The notes under the pieces: generated by a model
What the model was told of the DNA's origin: nothing
Seen by the model: the letters and a program-made list of their open reading frames with translations, nothing else
Database searches by the model: none
Program-made: the position numbers and the translations under genes
Source of the DNA: Armatimonadota bacterium
Lineage (GTDB): Bacteria; Armatimonadota; UBA10988
Reading direction: 5' to 3'
NCBI GenBank assembly: GCA_016235455.1
Contig: JACRKZ010000055.1
Coordinates: 1 to 56,618 of the forward strand
DNA length: 56,618 nucleotides
Part shown: positions 1-8,721 of the stretch, one piece after another
Layout of the letters: each line of letters starts with the position of its first letter
Position numbering within the stretch: the first letter of the stretch is position 1

Positions 1-1350
1 GGTCAGCCGGCCAACCAGGTTCAGTGCCGCGCCGCTCGGCGCCGCGGCCACGGCACTCTCGAGCAGGCCGGTCAAGGCCCGCGTGATCTCGCCGCGCGCC
101 GCGTCGACCAGGCCGTCGGACTCCAGCGTGCAGTGGAAGCCGACCCCGGCAGCATGGCCCAGGTCGCGTCCCGCGCGGGCCACCTCGCTCAACAGGTCGG
201 CCAGCGCAAAGCGCTCGTAGACGACGTTCGACGCATCGCGCGCGAAGCTGAGCAGTTGCTCGCACATGCGATCCAGGTCAGCCACGTGCTGCTCGATGCG
301 GCCCAGCGGCGCCGCCTGCTCTGGACACTCGTCCTGGAGCAGCTCGTTCGCGCCGCGGATGATGGTCACCGGCCCACGCAGGTCGTGGATGATGGTGCTG
401 GCCAGGCGCCCGACCGTGGCGATGCGCTCGCTGCGCGCCCGGTCGGAGAGCAAAGCCAGACGCTGAATGGTCAGCGCGGCATCACTGGCGAGCACCGACG
501 CCACCTCGATGTCGCCCGGCCGGAACGACCGGTCTGAGTGCAGGCGACTGATGTTGAGCACGCCCACCGGCCGCTCGGCAAAGGCCAACGGCAAACACAG
601 CGCGGCGGTGACTTCGGGCCGATGCAAGGCTGACCGCACAGCACTGGGTACCGGCCGGGCCGGGGTCAGTTCGAGCGCCACGCCGCTGTGCAACACCCAG
701 CCGCTGATGGGCTCGCCGACCCGCCGGCTAGCCGACCGCCAGACGCCATCCTCAAGCCCGACCGCCGCGGCCACGTGCAGTTCCTGCCGGTGCTCGTCGA
801 GCAGCATCAGGCTGGCGGTGTCGGCGCTGGTTTCCTCGACGGCCAGGCGCACGATGCACTGGTAGAGCTCGGTGCGGTCGTGCAGTCCGGCCAACTCGCC
901 GAGCGCGTCATAGAGCCGGGTGAGGGCCCGCAGCCGCGCGTTCTGCACGCGGGTCTGCCGCTCATGCAGGGCCGCCACCACCGCCTCGGTGAGTAACACC
1001 GGGTCGACGGGCTTGGCCAGCACGTTGGAGAAGCCCAGGTTGAGCGCCTCAACGGCCACGTTGAGCGACGTATGGCCGGTCAACAGGATTCCGGCCAGGT
1101 CGGGCCTGGCCTGCTTCAGGCGGCCAAAGACCTGCAGGCCATGGTCGCCGCCGGTCGCGCCGGGCAGCACGTAGTCCAGAATGGCCAGCGCCCCGCGATC
1201 GCGCAGGCGCGGATCGCCACTGAGCGCGGCCAGGGCCTGGGGGCCGTCCGACACCGCAACCGCGGTCAGTCGGGCGGCCTCCAGGATGGCCAGGCACTGG
1301 CTGCGGGTCCCGGCGTCGTCATCCACGACCAGGACCGTCTCACGCCGCAT
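1..1350 (-). CDS. REC-GAF-HisKA signal transduction protein (hybrid histidine kinase-like), truncated by the left window edge
   Basis: Not in the ORF track (no stop in window); manually translated from ATG at 1350 with AGGAG RBS: MRRETVLVVDDD..AILDYVLPG..ILLTGH..LAKP (receiver), GAF (CLPLAFAERPVGVLNIS), H-box IIHDLRGPVTII. Confidence 0.85.
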   Translation of the reverse strand, partial: MRRETVLVVDDDAGTRSQCLAILEAARLTAVAVSDGPQALAALSGDPRLRDRGALAILDYVLPGATGGDHGLQVFGRLKQARPDLAGILLTGHTSLNVAVEALNLGFSNVLAKPVDPVLLTEAVVAALHERQTRVQNARLRALTRLYDALGELAGLHDRTELYQCIVRLAVEETSADTASLMLLDEHRQELHVAAAVGLEDGVWRSASRRVGEPISGWVLHSGVALELTPARPVPSAVRSALHRPEVTAALCLPLAFAERPVGVLNISRLHSDRSFRPGDIEVASVLASDAALTIQRLALLSDRARSERIATVGRLASTIIHDLRGPVTIIRGANELLQDECPEQAAPLGRIEQHVADLDRMCEQLLSFARDASNVVYERFALADLLSEVARAGRDLGHAAGVGFHCTLESDGLVDAARGEITRALTGLLESAVAAAPSGAALNLVGRLT

Positions 1351-1388
1351 TGCGACTCCTCGCTTCTGAGGTCCATCGCCGGCGGCCT

Positions 1389-1763
1389 CTAGAGCTCCCA
1401 GCCAGGCACCACCGACCACATGTCGTACATCTCGCTCATCACCGCCTCGGTCTCCTCCAGCGCAGGGATGGACTTGGTGATATTGACGTACGTCAGGCGC
1501 TGCGACAGGAAGTCGTACAGACGCTTGAGATTGTGGCCGATCTCGCCGCCCTTCTCAACATCGACCGCGCGATCCAACTCCTCCACCACCCGCTGGGCAT
1601 GGAGCAGGTTGTTGTGTGCCATCTGGTGGTCCTGGGTCTCCAGGCCATACTTGGCATCGCGCACGCAGTCCAGCATCGTGTCGTACAGCATACGCACGAG
1701 CTGCATCGGCGAGGCCGTCTCGACACGCTGGCGTCGATAGGTCTCTAGTGCCGGAGCGTACAT
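1389..1763 (-). CDS. fliS: Flagellar export chaperone FliS
   Basis: YRRQRVETASPMQLVRMLYD..AQRVVEEL..GGEIGHNLKRLYDF is the typical FliS pattern; AAGGAGG RBS before ATG 1763. Confidence 0.92.
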   Translation of the reverse strand: MYAPALETYRRQRVETASPMQLVRMLYDTMLDCVRDAKYGLETQDHQMAHNNLLHAQRVVEELDRAVDVEKGGEIGHNLKRLYDFLSQRLTYVNITKSIPALEETEAVMSEMYDMWSVVPGWEL

Positions 1764-1809
1764 AGTGTCCTCCTTGGGGCGGTGGTCCGCCCACGGTGTA
1801 CCTATGCAT

Positions 1810-1836
1810 ACATCGGCCACTGGACCAGGGGTTTTA
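1810..1836 (-). promoter_or_regulatory. sigma28 (FliA/SigD)-type promoter upstream of fliS
   Basis: Minus strand reads TAAA-acccctggtccagtg(15 nt)-GCCGATGT versus consensus TAAA-N15-GCCGATAA. Confidence 0.75.
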
Positions 1837-1943
1837 GCATTTCGCCGCGCGCATCGCCCGCCGGCCGGCCACGCCGACTCCCTAGCGGCTTTAGTTCACA
1901 CTGGGGACAGGGGTACGACTCGGTGCGGCCTGGCCGGGCACGC

Positions 1944-3086
1944 TCAGTGCGGACGCGGCCGCAGCGAGAACTCGATGTCGACCCGGGGTGTGCACATGGC
2001 GGTGCTCAGCAGCAGCGCCTCGGCGGGGCTGACCTGCAAGGTGACGGCGCGTCCGTCGAAGGGTTTGCCCGCCTTGGTCACGTTGCCGCCCTTGGCGTCG
2101 AGGTTCTGCAGGGCGCCGGGCTTGGACGCGGCGTCCTTGGGCTTGCCGTCCGGGCCCTTGGTGGCCTCGTCGGGCTCGGTGGGGGGCGCCTCGCCCGCCT
2201 TGGACCCTTCGCCGGCCTTCGGCGCCTCGCCGGGCTTGGTGGCGTCCTGTGGCGCGGCATCGGCCTTGGTCGGCTCGGCCTTGGCTTCGGCGGGTTTGGC
2301 CGGCGGCTGGCCCTCGGCGGGCGCCGCCTTGCCCTGCTGGTTGAGGCGCGCCTGCTCGGCCAGAATCTTCTGGCGCTTGCGCATGGCCGCTTCCTGCCGC
2401 GAGCCGAAGGCCTCTTTCTCCGCGCCCCTGTCCAGCAGGCCCGACTCGGGTGACAGGTAGTTGTTCACGGCCACCACGCGCACGTTGTGCAGCGTGCGGC
2501 GCGACAGCGCGCCGGGCACCACCAGGAACACATCCACCCGGTCGCCAGGTCGCAGCAGAGGAAAGAGCGTGGCCCCGGCAGGCATGGGCACAGTGAACCG
2601 ATCGGGTCGCTGCCGGTCGAGCGGGTCGGCCAGCGGGCTCTCGGCCGCCACGGTCTGTGGGCCCAGCGGCATGCCAGCCGCCAGGTCGAGCAGCGCGAAC
2701 TTGCCCACCGGTTCGTCGACCTTCTCGTAGTAACCCTCGAGCGGTGGCGCCTGGGGGTCTTTGCGCGCGCGCTCGGAACGCAGCATGGGGAACTGGCTGA
2801 CAATCTGTGTGCTGGCCCGCCGCTCGACCATCTCGGGCTCGATGCGGTCGCCGGCCATCAGCGACACGTTGACCACCGCCACGAACTGCGTGTTGGCGGG
2901 CGCGATGGTCGCACCCACCAGGCCCTGGTAGCCCTCCGAGGTCGGCTCCAGGGTGCCCGCGGGATGGATGGCGGCAATGCGGCGGCTGCTCGTCGCGCTG
3001 ACCATCGTCATCAGGCCGATCAAAAACAGCCCGATCGCCACGGCGGCGACAAACGGATTGCGGCCCCACTCGCGCAGACGATCCAT
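1944..3086 (-). CDS. cpaB: Flp pilus assembly protein CpaB/RcpC family
   Basis: N-terminal TM helix, SAF-like segment, LRPGDRVDVFL..LHNVRVVAV and AVTLQVSPAEALLL..FSLR motifs; lies next to TadE/TadG genes. Confidence 0.85.
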   Translation of the reverse strand: MDRLREWGRNPFVAAVAIGLFLIGLMTMVSATSSRRIAAIHPAGTLEPTSEGYQGLVGATIAPANTQFVAVVNVSLMAGDRIEPEMVERRASTQIVSQFPMLRSERARKDPQAPPLEGYYEKVDEPVGKFALLDLAAGMPLGPQTVAAESPLADPLDRQRPDRFTVPMPAGATLFPLLRPGDRVDVFLVVPGALSRRTLHNVRVVAVNNYLSPESGLLDRGAEKEAFGSRQEAAMRKRQKILAEQARLNQQGKAAPAEGQPPAKPAEAKAEPTKADAAPQDATKPGEAPKAGEGSKAGEAPPTEPDEATKGPDGKPKDAASKPGALQNLDAKGGNVTKAGKPFDGRAVTLQVSPAEALLLSTAMCTPRVDIEFSLRPRPH

Positions 3087-3111
3087 TGCCCCTCTAGACA
3101 GTCCCGCCAGG

Positions 3112-3537
3112 CTACTGGCGCACGGGATTCACGGTGACCACCTGGGTGTTGTTCGCGTAGAGCAGGCGCTGGCGAACGAACAAGTTAAAGAGCGGTACCG
3201 GTACCGGGTAGTTCCACCACATCTCCACCTTGACCGTCGAGTTGAACACCCGGGCCGACTCGGTGACCGGCGTGATCTTCATCCAGTAGCTGCCCGGAAT
3301 GTTCGCGGCGTTGCCCGTCTGCGACAATGTCTGCAGCGCTTTGGACTGCACAATGGCGTTGCTCGCGCCCCAGCCGGCCTGTCGGGCGCCTTCGCGCGCG
3401 GCCGCCTCAAGGCGGATGCTGGCGGAGAGCACGCGGCCGAAGCCCAGGATGCCCAACATGAGGATGGACATGAACAGCGCCACGAAGGTCGTCTCGATCA
3501 GGCCCTGGCCGCTCTGCCGTCTCCGATGCCGGATCAT
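3112..3537 (-). CDS. tadE: TadE-like pseudopilin
   Basis: RQSGQGLIETTFVALF prepilin cleavage site (G|Q-x-x-x-E), TM helix, AAAREGARQA motif. Confidence 0.85.
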   Translation of the reverse strand: MIRHRRRQSGQGLIETTFVALFMSILMLGILGFGRVLSASIRLEAAAREGARQAGWGASNAIVQSKALQTLSQTGNAANIPGSYWMKITPVTESARVFNSTVKVEMWWNYPVPVPLFNLFVRQRLLYANNTQVVTVNPVRQ

Positions 3538-3560
3538 TGTGATACCTCCAGCCCCAATCC

Positions 3561-5240
3561 CTAGCGGATCAGCACGATGCTCAGATTCTCACTGGCGGTG
3601 TCATTGCTGTTGACGGTCCAGGTGCTGACATCCGTCTTGTTGGCCAAGTAGTAGTCGATGGCCAGTTCGCCGCCCTGGTACGCCCTGGTGTCATTGATAA
3701 TGATACGTCCGTTGCGGTCGAGAAGCAAGTTGCCGTCGGCGTCGACACTCGGGACCTTCACCGGTTGGGGCACCGTTAACACCGTGGTGGCAAACGAGGT
3801 GTTGCCCGAGAGATTGACCGGGATTTTGGTGTAGTACTGGTTGCCCGCCTGGTCGGTGACCACGAAGTCGTCGTGGCGTCCGGCGTTGGGCGCCGGGAAC
3901 AGCACCGGGTAGCGTCGGCCCTGGGTGGAGTCGAAGCTGGTCATGCTCGCCTCACAGTTCTGCACGCCGACATCCGCGTCGAAGTTGGTGATGGTGAGCT
4001 TGGTGGTCGCCGGCGAGATGTCACCAATGGGGATGGCCGTCTCCGAACGCGGGGCGTTGAAGCCCATGCACAGGCGCCCGTTGGCGAACATGCCCAGCGC
4101 GCTGGTGGGGCTGACCGTGTCGCGCACCGGACTGAACACCTGGCCGCTGGCGCGATCCGCGCCGATGCGCATGGTGTAGCCGTTGGCGCTGTCGCCCGAG
4201 AGCGAGCGCACGTAGACCCGGATTGGGGCCTGGTACGGCGTTGGGTCGAAGCAGAAGCCCTGCGGGGTGATCCACTTGAGGTCAATTGCCGACTGTCCGC
4301 CCGGCAGGGAGCCGATGGTGTTGATGGCATCGGTGCCCGGCAGCTGGCGCTGGAACCAGAAGGGCGAGCAGGAGCTGGGCCCGTACACCGCGCTGGCCAC
4401 CACCGTACCCGCGGCATCGACGATCCGCCATTCGGTCTGTGTGTCCAGATTCGACTTCAGCGTGTCCACGTTGCCGGTCTCGGGCTCGCTGCCGTCACCG
4501 TCCGTGTCGGACAGCGGGAAGGGATTGGCCCCGCTCCGATTCCAGCAGTCGGCGTCGAAGATCTCCACTCGCACCCGGTTCGAGCCGGAGATCGACGCGT
4601 AGTCACTGGGCACGACCATCTCAAACGGATAGCCACGCGGGTCGTAGAGCGGGTTGGGCAGTTGGTTCTGGTCCTCCCGGGTCGAATAGCAGTCGCCGAA
4701 GATGTAGTGCGCTTCCGGCCCATAGACGTTCAGCCAGGCGTCGATGGGGAACCCGTAGCGGGGCGCGATCGCGGTGTTGCCCAGCGAGATGTCCGCCGGC
4801 ACCGCGCCGAAACGTGCGGCTGTCGCGGCCAGGCGCACCCACGTGCTGGTGATGCCCAGGGCGCCGACGAAGAACTGCGGCAGTGAGCGCTGCATGGTGC
4901 AGGTGAAGCGGTCGCAGTCGGTCTCGGAGAAGGCCCCTGTGACTGAGTTGTAAGGGGTCAGATCGATGCTGGTGACGCCACGCCGGCCCACGACATAACC
5001 CATGTCGGCCAGCACCGCTCGGGCCTTGGCCATGCCCTGGGCGGCACTGCCGGAGTAGACCGCTTCGGTGATGCCGGCCAGCGCGCCGGAGTCGCACGCG
5101 TTCTGCTCCTCGGCGCGCACCAAGGACATCGTACCCAGATCGATCACGATGGCCGCACAGACCATCACGATACCAGCCGTCAGTGCCAGGAGGATCATGG
5201 TCTGACCCGACTCTCGTCGTCTGCTGATTGCGCCGCACAT
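3561..5240 (-). CDS. TadG-like pilus-associated adhesin/pseudopilin, paralog 2
   Basis: RRESGQTMILLAL..IVIDLG..QNACDSGALAG Tad N-terminus; large beta-rich body; C-terminal IVLIR. Confidence 0.8.
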   Translation of the reverse strand: MCGAISRRRESGQTMILLALTAGIVMVCAAIVIDLGTMSLVRAEEQNACDSGALAGITEAVYSGSAAQGMAKARAVLADMGYVVGRRGVTSIDLTPYNSVTGAFSETDCDRFTCTMQRSLPQFFVGALGITSTWVRLAATAARFGAVPADISLGNTAIAPRYGFPIDAWLNVYGPEAHYIFGDCYSTREDQNQLPNPLYDPRGYPFEMVVPSDYASISGSNRVRVEIFDADCWNRSGANPFPLSDTDGDGSEPETGNVDTLKSNLDTQTEWRIVDAAGTVVASAVYGPSSCSPFWFQRQLPGTDAINTIGSLPGGQSAIDLKWITPQGFCFDPTPYQAPIRVYVRSLSGDSANGYTMRIGADRASGQVFSPVRDTVSPTSALGMFANGRLCMGFNAPRSETAIPIGDISPATTKLTITNFDADVGVQNCEASMTSFDSTQGRRYPVLFPAPNAGRHDDFVVTDQAGNQYYTKIPVNLSGNTSFATTVLTVPQPVKVPSVDADGNLLLDRNGRIIINDTRAYQGGELAIDYYLANKTDVSTWTVNSNDTASENLSIVLIR

Positions 5241-5406
5241 GGTATTCCTCCGCAGCCCCAGATGGGCTCGCCGACATTGTCCGGGCGCCTCACCATGGAC
5301 GTCGGCCAGTGCGACGATGCACAGGTACGGCGTGCGCCGACGTCGGTAGCGCCTCTATGGATCAAGATCGGCAGAACGGAGAGAATACGAGTAGCCAAAA
5401 CCCATC

Positions 5407-5433
5407 TAATCGACCGGCCACGGGTTTTCTTTA
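5407..5433 (-). promoter_or_regulatory. sigma28-like promoter upstream of tadG paralog 2-tadE-cpaB
   Basis: Minus strand TAAA-gaaaacccgtggccg(15 nt)-GTCGATTA; two mismatches to GCCGATAA, located just downstream of a terminator. Confidence 0.55.
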
Positions 5434-5472
5434 GGGTCACATTTAGCGCACATGCGCTTGGCAAGCAGAAAT

Positions 5473-5500
5473 CTGCTGGGCCGCTATGGCGGCCCAGCAG
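5473..5500 (-). terminator. Intrinsic terminator after tadG paralog 1
   Basis: 12-bp perfect stem CTGCTGGGCCGC/GCGGCCCAGCAG with 4-nt loop, followed on the minus strand by ATTTCTGCTT. Confidence 0.7.
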
Positions 5501-5522
5501 GCGGGACTCTCGGTCGAGTCCT

Positions 5523-7220
5523 CTAGCGGATCAGTACGATGCGCAACTCCGGCGGGATCTGCAGGCTGGAGAAGTTGACGTCCCAGACACTGGTATCGCT
5601 GACACCGGCGGTGTAGCTGATGCCCAGGTCGCCGCCCTCGTAGGCCCGCGTGTTGGTGATGGTTATCCGTCCACTGCCGTTGAGCAGCAGGTTGCCGTTG
5701 GCATCCACCGCCGGCACCTTCACGGTCTGCGGCACATCGATCTCGCTGGTGGCGAACTGGCCGTTGCCGGACAGGTTGCCAGGCACGGTCTTGTAGTACT
5801 TGTTGCCCGCGGTGTCGGTGACCACGTTCGAGCCGCTGGCGCTGCCCGGCGCCGGGAACAGCACCGGGTAGGTGCGCCCTTGGGTGGCGTCGAAGCTGGT
5901 CAGGTTGAAGATAACCGACTGCGCGCCGACGTCCGTGTCGAAGTTGGTGACGGTCACCTTGGTGGCCGACGACGGCACGTCGCCGATGGGAATGCCGGTG
6001 ACCGTGTCGGTGTTGAAGTTGATAGGCACGCGGCCCGAGCCGTAGATGGCGAACGCGCCACCCGGCGTCACCGCATGCACGGCCGGATTGAAGGCCACGC
6101 CCGTGGCCCGATCCGAACTGATGCGCATGCTGTAGCCGTTCTCACTGGCACCCGAGACGCTGCGGCAGAAGATCTTGTACGGCGGCGTCCAGCTGGTCGC
6201 GTCGAAGCAGAAGCCCTGCGGCGTGATCCACTTCAGGTCGACCGCGCGCTGCGCTGTGTCGCCGGCGCCAAGCGTATTGATCGCGTCGGTGCCCGGCCGC
6301 TGACGATGAGTCCAGTAGGGCGTGTTGCCCGTCGGGCCGTACTGCGCGGTGGCCACCGTGCGGCCCAGTGCATCGACCACCTTCCACTCGGTCTCGGTGG
6401 AGGTCTGGCTGAAGGTGTAGCCGTTCAGGTTCTCGCCGGCGGGCGAGCGGATTTCGTCGATGGCGCCCACCTCGGGCTCGGTCGGGTCGCCGTTGGTGTC
6501 GCGCATGGCCGACGGGTCGACCGCGCCGCCGATGTTCCACGTGTTGGCATCGAAGATCTCGATGCGCACGCGGTTGGAGCCCGTGGCCGCCACGTAGTCT
6601 GGCGGGATGACCACGTCATACTCGTACCCCTGCGGGTTGTAGCGCGGGTTGGGCTGACCGCTGGGCAAGCGCCGCGTCGAGTAGCAGTCACCGAAGTTGT
6701 ACGGCGCGTCCGGCCCGAACTGGGCCAGGTTGACCGCGGTGGGGAAGCCCACCGTGGCGCCGAAGCTCACGTCGACCGGCACGGTGCCGATGACCGCCGC
6801 CGTGGCGGTGGTCTGCACCGAAGTCCGCGTGATGCCGATGACCGACGCGAAATACTGCGGCAGGGACCGCCAGATGGTACAGCGGAAGCGGTCCGACGTG
6901 GTTTCGGAGTAGGCGTTGGTGATGGCGTTGTACGGTTCCAGCAGGATGCGCGTGACGCCGTTCTGGCCTTGCACGTACCCGCACTGGCGCACGATGTCCG
7001 TGGCCTTGACGATGCCTTGAGTCGCGCTGCCGGTGTAGGTCACCTCGGCAATGCCGGCCAGGGCGCCGGAGTCGCAAACGTACTGCTCTTCGGCGCGCGC
7101 CTGCGACATGGTGCCGATATCCAGGACCAGCGCGGCAATGACCATCAGGATGCCCATGAGCAGGGCCAACAGGATGATGGTCTGGCCGGACTCGCGTCGT
7201 CGCCTCAGGGTACTTCTCAT
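5523..7220 (-). CDS. TadG-like pilus-associated adhesin/pseudopilin, paralog 1
   Basis: RRESGQTIILLALL..LVLDIG..QYVCDSGALAG; collinear with 3561..5240; ends IVLIR. Confidence 0.8.
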   Translation of the reverse strand: MRSTLRRRRESGQTIILLALLMGILMVIAALVLDIGTMSQARAEEQYVCDSGALAGIAEVTYTGSATQGIVKATDIVRQCGYVQGQNGVTRILLEPYNAITNAYSETTSDRFRCTIWRSLPQYFASVIGITRTSVQTTATAAVIGTVPVDVSFGATVGFPTAVNLAQFGPDAPYNFGDCYSTRRLPSGQPNPRYNPQGYEYDVVIPPDYVAATGSNRVRIEIFDANTWNIGGAVDPSAMRDTNGDPTEPEVGAIDEIRSPAGENLNGYTFSQTSTETEWKVVDALGRTVATAQYGPTGNTPYWTHRQRPGTDAINTLGAGDTAQRAVDLKWITPQGFCFDATSWTPPYKIFCRSVSGASENGYSMRISSDRATGVAFNPAVHAVTPGGAFAIYGSGRVPINFNTDTVTGIPIGDVPSSATKVTVTNFDTDVGAQSVIFNLTSFDATQGRTYPVLFPAPGSASGSNVVTDTAGNKYYKTVPGNLSGNGQFATSEIDVPQTVKVPAVDANGNLLLNGSGRITITNTRAYEGGDLGISYTAGVSDTSVWDVNFSSLQIPPELRIVLIR

Positions 7221-7264
7221 CGTCTTTCCCAACTGCCTGCCCGAAGCAGGGCCCCCACGGCCGA

Positions 7265-7663
7265 TCAGCGTGGCATCCAGACCGATTCGTAGCGATGCTC
7301 GGACCGCGCCCGCAACTGCTTGTTGTTGAACAGCGTCGTCAGCGGCGGCACCCCGACCACCTTCTCGGTGTAGGTGATGTTGACCGCGGTGCGCTCCGTG
7401 TTGCGATCGATGATCAGCTGGAAGCGGCTGGCATCGTGGCTGAGCTGCGGCGTCATGCGCCGCACCAGCGCCGTGACCTCGTCATCGGTGTGGCCGACCA
7501 CAGCATGCCGCGCGCCCTCGCGAGCCGCCGTGTTGATGGCCAACTGATGGCTGTAGATCATGCCAAAGGTGAAGATGCCCCAGAGGAACAACATGAAGAG
7601 CGGCAATGCGATGGCCATCTCGACCATCGAGTTGCCCCTCCGACGCTGTCCTAGACTGTGCAT
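7265..7663 (-). CDS. tadE: TadE-like pseudopilin
   Basis: RRRGNSMVEMAIALPLFMLFLWGIF..NTAAREGARHA; AAGGAG RBS before ATG 7663. Confidence 0.88.
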   Translation of the reverse strand: MHSLGQRRRGNSMVEMAIALPLFMLFLWGIFTFGMIYSHQLAINTAAREGARHAVVGHTDDEVTALVRRMTPQLSHDASRFQLIIDRNTERTAVNITYTEKVVGVPPLTTLFNNKQLRARSEHRYESVWMPR

Positions 7664-8015
7664 CGTCACTCGCTCCTTGGGGTGCATCGAGCACCCGCCG
7701 GCACATGCGCCGGCCAAACCGTGTGGTACTGACGGACTTCTATACCACATCAGCGGCGGCAACTGAGCCACAATTGACTACAGTCGACGCGGTACAGGCG
7801 ACTGCTGATCCCAAGGTGGTTCCGAACGCGGGATTCACGTGTGAACAAACCGTGACTCACGGCGCCGCCCTGGCCAGGCGCCGCCTGGCCCGCCGAGGCT
7901 TTGACAATCGTCGGACGCGAAGTGGCGCGGCGCGCCCCCGGGGGGGACGAGTCCGAGGCCGTCGCCGTGATCGCGAACACGCTCGGCGAGGTGTGGCGAG
8001 TCGGCCGGGCCGGTC

Positions 8016-8702
8016 TCAGTAGTCGACGCCGCCGAGCCCGCCCACGGTGGTATTGGGGTCGGGGTAGCCGAGCGAGCCGATCCGCAACTGCGCAGCGGCC
8101 AGCAGCTTGACGTGGCCGTCGAAGAACAGGTAGTTGCGCCGGCCGCGGAAGCTCCACCAGCCCACCGTGCAGGTTTCGTGCGCATCGATCCAGTCGGCGC
8201 AGAGCACTTTGCGCGCGGGCTGAGCCACACTGCTCAGGCTCTGACTGGTGGGCGTGGGCGGGTTGCCCGCGTAGAAGTCCACCAGGCTCATGCCAGCCAG
8301 CTGGCCGGGGCTGTAGTAGCTGCAAGCGGCGTAGCCATAGGACGTGCCGTCCCACAGCGCCGGGGCGACGGTGTCGGACGGGCAGGCCAGCACGCTCGGC
8401 GCGCTGCCGGCGCGGTCCCAAGTGGACCCGGCGGCGCCGCGCCAGGCCAGGTAAGGTGCCAGCGGCCAGCGGAAGCGGCGGCCCATCCACAGGTACGGTT
8501 CACCGGTGTTGGGCAGGCGGTCGTCGTAGTCGCTGCTGTACTGCGCGATGGCATGGCCGATCTGCCGGAGATTGGAGGCACAGGTCGCCTGGCGGCCCTT
8601 TTCGCGGGCTCGCGCGAAGACCGGCAACAGCATCCCCGCCAGGATGGCGGTGATGGCGATGACGATCAGCAACTCGGTCAGCGTGAAGGCTCGTCTGCGC
8701 AT
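8016..8702 (-). CDS. Prepilin-type N-terminal cleavage/methylation protein (DUF1559 / H-X9-DG-like family)
   Basis: MRRRAFTLTELLIVIAITAILAGMLLPVFARAREKGRQATCASNLRQIG..YSSDYD..CPSD..NYLFFDGHVK; the true start lies inside the longer track ORF. Confidence 0.88.
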   Translation of the reverse strand: MRRRAFTLTELLIVIAITAILAGMLLPVFARAREKGRQATCASNLRQIGHAIAQYSSDYDDRLPNTGEPYLWMGRRFRWPLAPYLAWRGAAGSTWDRAGSAPSVLACPSDTVAPALWDGTSYGYAACSYYSPGQLAGMSLVDFYAGNPPTPTSQSLSSVAQPARKVLCADWIDAHETCTVGWWSFRGRRNYLFFDGHVKLLAAAQLRIGSLGYPDPNTTVGGLGGVDY

Positions 8703-8721
8703 TCGTCCAGCAGCTCCAGCC

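Noticed and set aside
5241-5522. c-di-GMP riboswitch or Flp pilin gene in Tad intergenic regions (also 7664-8015)
   Set aside because: I could not find the GEMM core elements or a small ORF with a G|xxxxEY Flp motif; an Rfam scan would be definitive
3561-7220. TadG paralogs as a diversity-generating retroelement or shufflon
   Set aside because: No reverse transcriptase or recombinase, no near-identical repeat pair with adenine-specific differences, and divergence spread along the whole length
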